Source of the DNA: Ignavibacteriota bacterium
GTDB taxonomy: Bacteria > Bacteroidota > Ignavibacteria > UBA10030
Assembly (NCBI GenBank): GCA_963769605.1
Contig: CAVYML010000003.1
Coordinates: forward strand, 158,305-222,304
DNA length: 64,000 bases
Direction: 5' to 3'
The stretch's first letter is position 1. The number at the start of each line of letters is the position of its first letter. Position numbers and translations under genes: made by a program. This document shows positions 10,809 to 20,318 of this stretch, piece after piece. The notes under the pieces were generated by a model, which was given only the letters and a program-made list of their open reading frames with translations, was not told the origin of the DNA and ran no database searches.

Positions 10809-11106
10809 AATTAGAAGTGTTGAATTTATATGCGATGCTAATATTTGGAATTTTTTCCCAAAATTGTGAAAAAATCAAATAAAGGGAAGATTTTAAATGG
10901 ATTGGAATTCAAATATCTTAAATTATCGGCGATTTTATATTAAAACAGAATATCGTGCCTGTTGTAAAAATTGATGTATAATTATTCTACATGTAAAAAA
11001 TTGGCAGGATTTTTGATGCATTTTCTAAATTAAGCTTCACTTATAAAAATACAGAGTATCACATTAAAGGCAAGGAATCTCTCATAAATATTATTAGGAG
11101 GGCCAT

Positions 11107-11622
11107 ATGCGACTTTTCAAATTTCTCGTTGTTGTTTTTGTAATATTCTCAGGGGCAATAAGCGCACAGCATAAATACGTCGGCGTAAAAATATGCAAGA
11201 TGTGCCATCAAACTGAAAAAATGGGAAAACAATTCGATGTTTGGCAAAAAAGTCCCCACGCGCAAGCATTCGATACTTTAAAATCGGCAGCGGCAGAAAA
11301 AATTGCTAAGGAAAAAGGATTAACAAAAGCTGCTTCTGAATCGCCGGAATGTCTCGAATGTCATGCGATTACAGCGGATCCAAAATTGATTGCGGACGGT
11401 GTGCAATGCGAATCGTGCCACGGTGCGGGATCGGATTACAAGAATATGGCAGTAATGAAAGATCATGCTAAAGCCGTCGCGGCAGGTTTGTCGGATTTCA
11501 AAGACAAAGCTGCTATGGAAAAAACATGCAAACAATGCCACAATGAAAAAAGCCCGACAAAAAAAGAATTTAATTTCGATGAGATGTGGGCAAAGATTAA
11601 GCATCCGATTCCCAAAGGTTAA
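11107..11622 (+). CDS. periplasmic tetraheme c-type cytochrome
   Basis: 171 aa with a signal peptide and four CXXCH motifs. A strong AGGAGG RBS lies before the ATG. Confidence 0.8.
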   Translation: MRLFKFLVVVFVIFSGAISAQHKYVGVKICKMCHQTEKMGKQFDVWQKSPHAQAFDTLKSAAAEKIAKEKGLTKAASESPECLECHAITADPKLIADGVQCESCHGAGSDYKNMAVMKDHAKAVAAGLSDFKDKAAMEKTCKQCHNEKSPTKKEFNFDEMWAKIKHPIPKG

Positions 11623-11732
11623 GACGGTTTTCGTTGTGTGTGAATGCCGGTATGTCCGTGCCGGCTTTTGGCGTCACGGTAAGTTATGAGTAAATGATTG
11701 GTGTGTGTCATCAATCGAAAGAAGAGAACGTT

Positions 11733-13049
11733 ATGAAAATCACAACGAGGCTCAATGCCAAATTTTTAGCGTTTGCAGCGGCTGCTGCTTGTTGCTTGTG
11801 CGGATCTGAGGCATTCGGTCAGATGTTCCAAATGCGTTTGGTATCATCTGCCTACGCCTGGCAGCAGCAAGATTCGGCCGGTCAATCGTCGCACCATCTT
11901 TTCGGATATCAAACCGCCCAGATTTCGATTTCGGGAGAGCAGCTTTCCTTTCATACCTATCTTCAGGGCTTTAACGATTTTGCAGGGCCGCTGCAGGATG
12001 AAGGCGAAATGCGTGCGTACAATTTTTATTTAAAATATGCCGGACTTTTTGACGCAGCAGATGTTTCGGTCGGACGCGTTCCGGTTTTTGCCGGTGTGGG
12101 TGTCGGGACGTTGGACGGCGGGATTGCATCGCTTCGCTTGTTCGATACGCAATTGAAATTGACGGGGTACGGAGGATTGCTTCCGCAGGAAGATGATAAA
12201 TTTGAGCTGATCGGAGATAAGCGGCACAATACTATGTTCGGCGGCCAGATCAGCGCAGCTCCTTTCGAGTGGGGCGCTTTCTCCGTCAGTTATATGCGCA
12301 AGAACGAATTGCCGGAATCATATTGGGCCGAACGGGCGCAAGATTCGACCTATGCAATTCAAAACGTAGAAATCACTTCGTCCCCGGCAGCGGAAGAATA
12401 TATCAGCGGAGATGCCAATATCGATTATGACTGGTTCTCAGCTTCTCTGCGCTACGATTATGATATTTTACAGGATCAGATGTCGCGCGAGCAGATTTTT
12501 ACGCGTTTCAGAATTTGCGCTCCTTTCTCGCTCACCGCGGAGTACATCCAGCGAGAACCGCTCCTCGAATATAATTCGATCTTCTGGGTCTTTGCATACA
12601 ACACGCTGATTGAATATGATGCGGGAGTCGAATATACGCTCGACAAGAACATTCAAGTCTACGGACGGTACGGATCCGTTTCATACGGGGACGGAGAAAC
12701 TTCGGATCGAGTGACAATCGGCGGCAATACTAAATACGTGTCTGCCAACATTGCCTGGAATACGGGTTATGGCGGGCAATTAGCTGCAGTTTCAGCTAAT
12801 GCCGGATACCCGCTTCTGAACAATATGCTGACACCTACACTCCTTCTGAGTTATGCACATTATCGCTTGGAGAGCACAGATGCACTGACCGATGCACTCA
12901 GCATCGGGGCGGGAGTCGTGTACCGGCCGATGCCGATGCTTTCTATCGATACGCAAGTGCAATGGCTGACGAATTCCATTTATAGCAACGATCTGCGCCT
13001 GTTTGTCCGGGCCAGCTATTTCTTCAGTCATCAACTAAACATTTTCTAA
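11733..13049 (+). CDS. outer-membrane beta-barrel protein (candidate porin of a porin-cytochrome conduit)
   Basis: The signal peptide is MKITTRLNAKFLAFAAAAACCLCGSEAFGQ. The body has alternating hydrophobic/polar beta-strand periodicity and is rich in G, Y and aromatic residues. The C-terminus ends in Phe (…QLNIF), an OMP beta-barrel signature. No heme motifs are present. Confidence 0.65.
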   Translation: MKITTRLNAKFLAFAAAAACCLCGSEAFGQMFQMRLVSSAYAWQQQDSAGQSSHHLFGYQTAQISISGEQLSFHTYLQGFNDFAGPLQDEGEMRAYNFYLKYAGLFDAADVSVGRVPVFAGVGVGTLDGGIASLRLFDTQLKLTGYGGLLPQEDDKFELIGDKRHNTMFGGQISAAPFEWGAFSVSYMRKNELPESYWAERAQDSTYAIQNVEITSSPAAEEYISGDANIDYDWFSASLRYDYDILQDQMSREQIFTRFRICAPFSLTAEYIQREPLLEYNSIFWVFAYNTLIEYDAGVEYTLDKNIQVYGRYGSVSYGDGETSDRVTIGGNTKYVSANIAWNTGYGGQLAAVSANAGYPLLNNMLTPTLLLSYAHYRLESTDALTDALSIGAGVVYRPMPMLSIDTQVQWLTNSIYSNDLRLFVRASYFFSHQLNIF

Positions 13050-13058
13050 AAGAGTGCC

Positions 13059-14294
13059 ATGATGACCAATACGTACTATACCACAAGGAAACTGAACAGA
13101 CGTTCTGTCGTGTTCGTTGGAGTATTGCTTCTTGCCGCTATCGGGACAGCAAGCACATCGGCATTCTCCGCCGGGGATGGACCTTCGGTTCAGAATAAAA
13201 TTAAATTTAATCATAAGAAGCATATCGATGAAGTGGGAGCGCAATGCATCGACTGTCACACGAATGCCTTGACAAGCACTGCAGCATCTGATAATCTTTT
13301 TGCTCAAATGTCGGCCTGCCGGCCTTGCCACGAAGATGCGCTCCAAACGAATTGTGCATTCTGCCACACAAGCACCGATTCAACGACGTATGCAATTTCG
13401 AATCCTGTACGCGAATTAACCTTTAATCATCAATTGCATGCGGATGGACAAAAAATCGACTGCCAAAAATGTCATACAAATTTAGACAACGACAAGGTTT
13501 CCATAACCGAAAATGTACCGGCAATGAAAACATGTTCTTCATGCCACGATGGTGTAAAGGTAAAAGACGATTGTGCGGTATGTCATACAAATCTTTCTGC
13601 GCTGCGTCCTGCGGGGCATAACCGTACGGATTTTATACGCGAGCATAAATTTGCGGCGCGTGTCAATACTGCGACCTGCGGCGCCTGCCATTCGCAGGAA
13701 ACATGCACAGACTGCCACAATGGATCCGATCTCGTTCAAGTTACGGTCCCGGGAAAAGATATGATTTCTGCTCATTCTCCGCGTATTTCTTCAAACGACC
13801 GCGGCCAAACTATGGTGATCGAGAAAGTGCATGATTTGAATTACCGGTTTACGCATGGCGTCGATGCTCATGCAAAAACTATAGAATGTAAGACATGTCA
13901 CAGTACCGAACAGTTCTGTACGCCGTGCCATCAGGCGGGAGGAAATGTTAATCAGGAAGTCTTTAAACCCGCATCACATTCCATTGCCGGCTTTACGACA
14001 ATCGGTGTCGGATCGGGAGGCGGAGAACATGCGCGGCTTGCGAAGCGCGATATCGAATCGTGTGCGGCTTGCCACAGCGCCGATGGAGCGGATCCGGTCT
14101 GTGTTACATGTCATATGGATCCGGACGGTATAAAAGGAACAAATCCTAAAACCCATGCAATCGGGTTTATGGCAAATCAACACGGACGCTGGCATTCCGA
14201 TCCGGGCGCAAATTGCTACGTGTGTCATACCGACCCGAATGCAAGGCCAATGGGAATTAAAGGGCAGCGGTTTTGCGGGTATTGCCATAATTGA
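13059..14294 (+). CDS. multiheme c-type cytochrome (14 CXXCH in 411 aa)
   Basis: A signal peptide and 14 canonical CXXCH motifs give roughly one heme per 29 aa. Confidence 0.85.
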   Translation: MMTNTYYTTRKLNRRSVVFVGVLLLAAIGTASTSAFSAGDGPSVQNKIKFNHKKHIDEVGAQCIDCHTNALTSTAASDNLFAQMSACRPCHEDALQTNCAFCHTSTDSTTYAISNPVRELTFNHQLHADGQKIDCQKCHTNLDNDKVSITENVPAMKTCSSCHDGVKVKDDCAVCHTNLSALRPAGHNRTDFIREHKFAARVNTATCGACHSQETCTDCHNGSDLVQVTVPGKDMISAHSPRISSNDRGQTMVIEKVHDLNYRFTHGVDAHAKTIECKTCHSTEQFCTPCHQAGGNVNQEVFKPASHSIAGFTTIGVGSGGGEHARLAKRDIESCAACHSADGADPVCVTCHMDPDGIKGTNPKTHAIGFMANQHGRWHSDPGANCYVCHTDPNARPMGIKGQRFCGYCHN

Positions 14295-14309
14295 GAGGAT
14301 GGAACGAGT

Positions 14310-15176
14310 ATGAGAACAAAATATTTTTATTCGATTTTTATACCGACGATCTTGTCACTCTCATGCAGCGATTTGAAGAAGGATTTGCCGACCGCAACTC
14401 CGAGCGGTATTACAGTTCATGAACAAGGATGGACGGACACGTCGTCCGCCAATTTCCACGGAAAATATATCGCAGGTAATAATTACGATATGCGCGGCTG
14501 CCAGCAATGTCACGGCCTTCAATATGACGGCGGCATCTCAGGTGTTTCCTGTATGACCTGCCATACAAATCCGGATGGTCCTGAAAACTGCGCAACCTGT
14601 CACGGCGTGCCGCCGCCGCCCGATCGTTATGGTAATACTTCCAATGGAGCAATCGGAGTCGGCGCACATGTCATTCATTTCACGGGCAACGGCAATTACA
14701 CGACGCACAGCATGACGTGCTCAATGTGTCATTATATGCCGACAAGCATCTATGATCCCAACCATATAAATGCGACGGGACGCGCTTATGTGGTTTTCAA
14801 TGATCCGTTGGCAACGGTGAAAAGCAACGGAGTCACACCGGCGCCGGCCTATAATCTGAATGCCGTCACATGTGCAAATACATTTTGCCATGGAGCATGG
14901 CAGCTGTCTAAAGCGGTAGCGCCGGACACGACTGTGTATACGGCTGCCGTAATGAGCGGCACGTATGATGCACCGGTATGGACAGGAGGCTCAACGCAAA
15001 CAACTTGCGGCACAAATTGCCACACTAATCCGCCGGCGGGACATAAGGCTTCAGCCTTAACAAACTGTTATACCTGTCATGGCGATGTCATAGATGCAAC
15101 GGGAAAAATAAAGAATAAGACGAAACATATGAACGGAATGATCGATCTTGTGAGCGGAGCAGCGCCATTTCGATAG
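14310..15176 (+). CDS. lipoprotein multiheme c-type cytochrome (7 hemes, paired-CXXCH type with atypical CX3CH and CX4CH sites)
   Basis: A signal peptide ending in LSLSC suggests a lipobox. Five sites are canonical CXXCH (CQQCH, CMTCH, CATCH, CSMCH, CYTCH). Two are atypical, CANTFCH (CX4CH) and CGTNCH (CX3CH). Confidence 0.75.
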   Translation: MRTKYFYSIFIPTILSLSCSDLKKDLPTATPSGITVHEQGWTDTSSANFHGKYIAGNNYDMRGCQQCHGLQYDGGISGVSCMTCHTNPDGPENCATCHGVPPPPDRYGNTSNGAIGVGAHVIHFTGNGNYTTHSMTCSMCHYMPTSIYDPNHINATGRAYVVFNDPLATVKSNGVTPAPAYNLNAVTCANTFCHGAWQLSKAVAPDTTVYTAAVMSGTYDAPVWTGGSTQTTCGTNCHTNPPAGHKASALTNCYTCHGDVIDATGKIKNKTKHMNGMIDLVSGAAPFR

Positions 15177-15234
15177 ACAATGAAAATAATTTAAATCCAA
15201 TTATATCCTAAATAATAATAGATGAGGTAAGTCT

Positions 15235-16515
15235 ATGCTGGAAAGAAAAAAAATTACTTTTTTGCTTTGTATTATCACTCTTGCAGTGATTACAGGGTTA
15301 TGGGGAGGCTGCCGCGGTCCAATGGGCCCAACCGGTCCGAGCGGACAAAATGCAAATGCATCGGATCTTGAAGGTTTTGCCCCCGGTATTATATGTGCAA
15401 ACTGTCATAACCAGGATTTTAATCCTACATATGATATTCTTGCAAAAGTCATTGAATACGATGCTTCCATTCATTTTGCGGGAGGCGAAGATATTCAAAA
15501 TACAACTACATGCGCAGGCTGCCATACCAATGAAGGTTTTGTGGATCGCTATAATCATGGTTTTGCCAACGAGTCGTTTAATTTACACGCCCCATCCGGC
15601 CCCTTGGCAAGCCAAGCCTATCCGCAGGCTTCTCCTCCGGGATGCTTTACATGCCACATGCCGCATTCACGAGGCAATTTCACGGTTCGTGATTCCGGTA
15701 AAGTAAACATTTACACGCTTCTTGCCAACCAGTCGACGAAGGTTTGGAACAGCACTTCTGCTTCAAACTTATGCGTCAAGTGTCACCAACCTCGTATGAC
15801 ATCGACCCCCTTTACATCGACCCCGTATTCCTGGCAGCCGGATCCTTCACAAACAAGTGCAACCGACACCGCACGGATTTATACATCAAGATGGAATAAT
15901 CACGTCTCCGGCGAAATGACACAGACGCTGCTTGGTTTTGGCGGTTTCGAGTTTACCGGATATTCAGGTTATACAAATTCACAACATTCGACCTATATGA
16001 ATGGCAATCCTATTGGCTGCGAACAGTGTCACATGGCCACAGTCAACAGCGTCGATCTGGACGGCGGACATACGTTTACAGTAAAAGATACAAGCGCCTA
16101 TTCAATGTCTCCCTCGTATAACGTCAACGGATGCAATGTAAGCGGCTGTCATTCAGGCCTTGCTGCCACCGCAGCGGATGCCCATTGGAGCAAGCGCACG
16201 GTAATTATCACAGAGCTAAATCAGCTTGGAAAACTGATGATGGATACGAACATCACAAGGAAGTGGATGCCTGCCGGTAAAGCTGCTCCATGGGCTTCAT
16301 ACACAGTGACCGGCATCGATACTGTTTGGTCGCAGGTAAGCAAGGTTTACGGCAGCTCGATAGGCGCATCTAATCCTCTCGTTATCGTTCCGGCAGCAAA
16401 AGCGGGTGCACTATGGAATCTTCAACAAATCTATAACGATAAGAGCCACGGCATACACAATTACGAATATTTTAAGGCCTTGTTGGATAATTCAATCGCT
16501 GAGCTTAATAAGTAA
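15235..16515 (+). CDS. multiheme c-type cytochrome, probable lipoprotein (6 hemes including one CX4CH)
   Basis: A signal peptide with a possible lipobox (LWGGC) is followed by a Gly-Pro-rich linker (GPMGPTGPSGQ). Five heme sites are canonical (CANCH, CAGCH, CFTCH, CVKCH, CEQCH). One is atypical, CNVSGCH (CX4CH). Confidence 0.75.
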   Translation: MLERKKITFLLCIITLAVITGLWGGCRGPMGPTGPSGQNANASDLEGFAPGIICANCHNQDFNPTYDILAKVIEYDASIHFAGGEDIQNTTTCAGCHTNEGFVDRYNHGFANESFNLHAPSGPLASQAYPQASPPGCFTCHMPHSRGNFTVRDSGKVNIYTLLANQSTKVWNSTSASNLCVKCHQPRMTSTPFTSTPYSWQPDPSQTSATDTARIYTSRWNNHVSGEMTQTLLGFGGFEFTGYSGYTNSQHSTYMNGNPIGCEQCHMATVNSVDLDGGHTFTVKDTSAYSMSPSYNVNGCNVSGCHSGLAATAADAHWSKRTVIITELNQLGKLMMDTNITRKWMPAGKAAPWASYTVTGIDTVWSQVSKVYGSSIGASNPLVIVPAAKAGALWNLQQIYNDKSHGIHNYEYFKALLDNSIAELNK

Positions 16516-16557
16516 AAAAAATTAAAACGTACCTAAGCCTTTTAGATGCTTTCTCTT

Positions 16558-16596
16558 CGTGTGCGGAAGGCCCATCTTCCGCACACGTGTTTTATC
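16558..16596 (+). terminator. rho-independent terminator ending the cytochrome operon
   Basis: A 12 bp perfect stem (cgtgtgcggaag / cttccgcacacg) with a 6 nt loop is followed by tgttttat, 43 bp after the stop codon at 16515. Confidence 0.7.
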
Positions 16597-16684
16597 AAAT
16601 ACGCTTCATCTCTTTGAAACCTTCGGAAAATTCCCGATGTTCTATATCAAAGATCATTTATTCATGTCATAAAAGGAAGATAGC

Positions 16685-18934
16685 ATGATTGGCTCAATTG
16701 TTGTCTGGATCGCATTTGTATCGGCAGTTGCTTCGGGATGTCTCTATTATGTTTCAATAAAAAACAACAGTCTTCGCTTCATGGCGCAGAGCGCATATTT
16801 TACGGCAGCAATAGGTACATTATTAGCATCGGCTTTGCTGATGCTGTTCATTATTCAGCATCGATTCGAGTTCAACTATATAACGAATTACAGTTCGCGA
16901 GACCTTCCTTTTTCGCTGCTTATCACGACATTTTGGGCCGGGCAGGAAGGCAGTTTTATGTTATGGGCATTGTTTGCATCGCTCATCGGTTTGGTCCTTC
17001 AGCGGTACAGCATCCGGAAAAATATCGAAGCGGAGGTGATGACAACATACAGCATAGTTCTCGGTTTTCTTCTTCTGCTTATTTCGATCAAATCTCCCTT
17101 TGAATATATCTGGCAGGCTCAGGCAGGTGTAGAAAAAGGATTTGTGCCGCCGGATGGTCACGGCCTGAACCCGCTGCTTCAAAATTTTTGGATGATTATT
17201 CATCCTCCTATATTGTTTCTCGGATTTTCTTCTCTGGCTGTTCCGTTTGTGCTCGCCGTTGCCGCTTTAGGACAAAGAAATTATAAGAATTGGATGAACT
17301 CGGCTGTTCCGTGGGTGCTTTTCAGCGCTCTTGCCCTTGGTGCCGGGCTGATGCTCGGCGGATATTGGGCTTATGGTGTTCTTGGCTGGGGCGGCTGGTG
17401 GGGCTGGGATCCGGTGGAAAATTCTTCTCTCGTTCCATGGATAGTCACAGTCATACTCGTTCATACGATGCTTATTCAAATAATTACGGGAAAATTGGTA
17501 CGCACAAATTTTGTTCTGGCCATTCTGGCATATCTTCTTGTCGTTTACAGCACATTCCTTACGCGGAGCGGAATTCTTGCCAATTCTTCAGTGCATTCAT
17601 TTGTGGATCCCGGCTCTTTTGCATACGGCCTGCTCGTTCTTTGGCTCGCCGTTGTCGTCGTTGGAGGATTCGGTATGCTCTGGCGTCGGCGGAATGAACT
17701 GCATGCAGACCAGCCGCCGATGGGATTATTTACGCGTGAGTCGATTCTCTCGTTCGCTCTTCTCGTTCTCGGAGCTTGTGCAGGCATCATTCTATTCGGT
17801 ACGAGCATGCCGCTCTTTTCAAAGTCCGCACTTGAGCCTGCCTTTTACGATAAAACTACATTACCCCTTGCAGTGCTCCTGACGATTCTCCTGGGAGGCA
17901 GTCTTATCATTCAATGGAATCTGGAAGACAGGCGCTCTCTTTTAAAAAATCTTTTGATACCACTTTGTATTGCAGCTGCCGGAACGGCTGTGTGTATCGC
18001 AATTGGGCTGCGCGATTTTGGTGCAGGGGCGCTTGTCTTTTCTTCTTTCTTTGCCCTTTGCATAACTCTGAAACACGGGTATCGCATTCTTCGTCAACAG
18101 CCGAAATTTATCGGCGGCTCACTTTCGCATATAGGACTTGCGATTTTACTCCTGGGAATCATAGGTTCAGGTCGATATGGCGTCAAACAATCGGTTTCAC
18201 TTTCACAAAACCAGCCGCTGAATGTCATGGGATATGCGTTGACATATTTGGGAGACAGCCTTTCTCAAGAAGGAAAGACGCTCTTGAATGTTCGTGCCGA
18301 AAAGAACGGTTCTTTTAGCATCTTAAGACCGGTAATGTATGAAAGTTCATTTAATAACAGTATGATGCGCAACCCGGATTATCTCAGCTCTTTCACGAAT
18401 AATCTTTATATCGAGCCGGTTTCTTTGGAACGGCCAGATGATGAAGGCACCCGGAGCAATATGATAGAACTCATAAAGGGTGTTCCATGGAACTTTGGCC
18501 CGATGACTGTAACATTTGTGCGTTTTCAATTAGAAGAGCAGAACATGGAAAACATGCGGCTGGGACATAGTGCTACAATCGGTGCTGTGCTGGAGGTTAA
18601 AATCGATTCAACCGTTGAGGAACTTGTTCCTTTGACGACGTTTAAAGCTCCTCCGGGTGAGCCTGAAATGAAAGCAGCCTATACTAAAAGCGGTCATCTC
18701 GGTTTCCAATTAGTTAAATTAAATGTTTCGGGTGCATCCGAAAAAACGAAAATAATCGTTCAACTGGTTGGCCCGATGATGGCAGGTACAAGCAGGGCTC
18801 AATCGGATATTCTGGTAGCAGAAGTCAGCATCAAACCGTTCATGGGCTTTATCTGGGCAGGCGCCTTCTTTATTTTGTGCGGGATTATTGCTGCTTTTAT
18901 CAGGCGTATGCAAAAGCCTCTTAAGCTTTCATAA
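16685..18934 (+). CDS. ccmF: cytochrome c-type biogenesis heme lyase, CcmF/NrfE/CycK family
   Basis: A WWD-domain signature GWGGWWGWDPVENSS is present. The N-terminal FWAGQEGSFMLW block and the DGHGLNPLLQNFWMIIHPPILFLGF block align with the E. coli CcmF motifs. About 15 transmembrane segments are predicted. Length is 749 aa. Confidence 0.85.
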   Translation: MIGSIVVWIAFVSAVASGCLYYVSIKNNSLRFMAQSAYFTAAIGTLLASALLMLFIIQHRFEFNYITNYSSRDLPFSLLITTFWAGQEGSFMLWALFASLIGLVLQRYSIRKNIEAEVMTTYSIVLGFLLLLISIKSPFEYIWQAQAGVEKGFVPPDGHGLNPLLQNFWMIIHPPILFLGFSSLAVPFVLAVAALGQRNYKNWMNSAVPWVLFSALALGAGLMLGGYWAYGVLGWGGWWGWDPVENSSLVPWIVTVILVHTMLIQIITGKLVRTNFVLAILAYLLVVYSTFLTRSGILANSSVHSFVDPGSFAYGLLVLWLAVVVVGGFGMLWRRRNELHADQPPMGLFTRESILSFALLVLGACAGIILFGTSMPLFSKSALEPAFYDKTTLPLAVLLTILLGGSLIIQWNLEDRRSLLKNLLIPLCIAAAGTAVCIAIGLRDFGAGALVFSSFFALCITLKHGYRILRQQPKFIGGSLSHIGLAILLLGIIGSGRYGVKQSVSLSQNQPLNVMGYALTYLGDSLSQEGKTLLNVRAEKNGSFSILRPVMYESSFNNSMMRNPDYLSSFTNNLYIEPVSLERPDDEGTRSNMIELIKGVPWNFGPMTVTFVRFQLEEQNMENMRLGHSATIGAVLEVKIDSTVEELVPLTTFKAPPGEPEMKAAYTKSGHLGFQLVKLNVSGASEKTKIIVQLVGPMMAGTSRAQSDILVAEVSIKPFMGFIWAGAFFILCGIIAAFIRRMQKPLKLS

Positions 18935-19212
18935 CATCCGGCTATCCTCTTTGATCATGAGGCATCACGGTTGGCCTGCCCCAATTCTGCATGCCCTGTA
19001 TTTATATTTAGACTTCGTAAATACACGCGTAATATTGAAAGATTCGCAAAATCCCGTGTAAAACAGGAAAAATCCGTATCATGCATTCACATGATTCATT
19101 TTTATGTTTCCAACTCCCTTTTGTTTAAAAGGCGGATTGATAACTGAGACAAAATCAATTGTGATAATTTACGCAGAGCAATTGCGATTTTTTAAATTAA
19201 AGGCAAATATAT

Positions 19213-20286
19213 ATGAACGTTCTTCATGTCCTCTCTCAGTTTGAGACAAACGGTGCGGAAACTCACGCCGCCGTTCTCGCCGACGAACATATTGACAGGG
19301 GACATAATGTAACGATCGTGTCCGATTCTTTTCGCACGCCGACAAAAGCAATAATTGTTCAATATCCAATCGGTAAACGTGATTATCTGCAGAGGTTTAA
19401 AAATATACGGTTTCTGACGCACTTGATTAAAGAGCGCGATATCGATATTGTCAACGCACATTCGCGGGCTGCAAGCTGGGTTTCATATTTTGCGACCCGT
19501 TATACCGGTACGCCTCTTGTCTCCAGTATTCATATGCGCCAGCATCTCCATTTCTCGACCACAAAAATGCCGATTTATGGAGAAAAACTTGTGGCAGTGT
19601 GTGAGGCAATTTATGAGCACCTTCAAAAAGATTTGAATTATACCGCCGAACATTTGGCGCTGATACGGAACGGAATTAATCTCGATCGATGGAAGTATCA
19701 ACCGCACCGTGAAACAAAAAAGGAGAGGAAGACAATTGCATTTGTCGGAAGGTTTTCCGGCTTTAAAGGGGACACGCTTCTCCTGTTGGTCGAAAAAATA
19801 TTCCCTGAGGTCATACGCTGTTATCCTGAAGTAGAAATTCATATCGTCGGAGGAATGAGTGAACAAGAAAAGATCGTGCATGCAGCGGAAAAATTTAACG
19901 CACAGGCGGGCAAGCGTTTCATTGTAATAGAAGGTTTCAGCAGGAATGTTCAGGAAGCATATCGGCGGGCGGATCTTGTCATAGGTTCGGGGCGCGTGGC
20001 AATGGAAGCGCTCGCTTGTGGTTCTCTCGTTGTTTCGATCGGTGAATCCAATGTGGTCGGACTTATCACGGAAAAAACGAAAACTCGGGCGCTGGTTACA
20101 AATTTCGGAGATCTTGACATTCGGAAGCCTATTAATGTCGAGGAGAGTGTCGCGGAAATTCTTACTGCGCTCCGGAATCCCGGAATTGTTCCTGCCGGAT
20201 GGGGAAGAGCTTTTATTGCAGATTATTTTGATGTAAAAAACATCATTCAGAAGCTGGACTTGATGTATGCTTCTCTTCTTCAATGA
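19213..20286 (+). CDS. glycosyltransferase family 4 (GT4, group 1 glycosyltransferase)
   Basis: The N-terminus MNVLHVLSQFETNGAETH and the C-terminal EGFS..AMEALACGSLVV motif are typical of the GT4 Rossmann-type family. Confidence 0.75.
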   Translation: MNVLHVLSQFETNGAETHAAVLADEHIDRGHNVTIVSDSFRTPTKAIIVQYPIGKRDYLQRFKNIRFLTHLIKERDIDIVNAHSRAASWVSYFATRYTGTPLVSSIHMRQHLHFSTTKMPIYGEKLVAVCEAIYEHLQKDLNYTAEHLALIRNGINLDRWKYQPHRETKKERKTIAFVGRFSGFKGDTLLLLVEKIFPEVIRCYPEVEIHIVGGMSEQEKIVHAAEKFNAQAGKRFIVIEGFSRNVQEAYRRADLVIGSGRVAMEALACGSLVVSIGESNVVGLITEKTKTRALVTNFGDLDIRKPINVEESVAEILTALRNPGIVPAGWGRAFIADYFDVKNIIQKLDLMYASLLQ

Positions 20287-20318
20287 TCTCAGGACTCGGT
20301 ACCATTCAAGTATCGCAT

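Noticed and set aside
15313-15345. Collagen-like GPMGPTGPSGQ triplets in the 6-heme cytochrome
   Set aside because: Only about three G-X-Y triplets directly after the lipobox. This is far too short for a collagen helix and is most likely a flexible tether.
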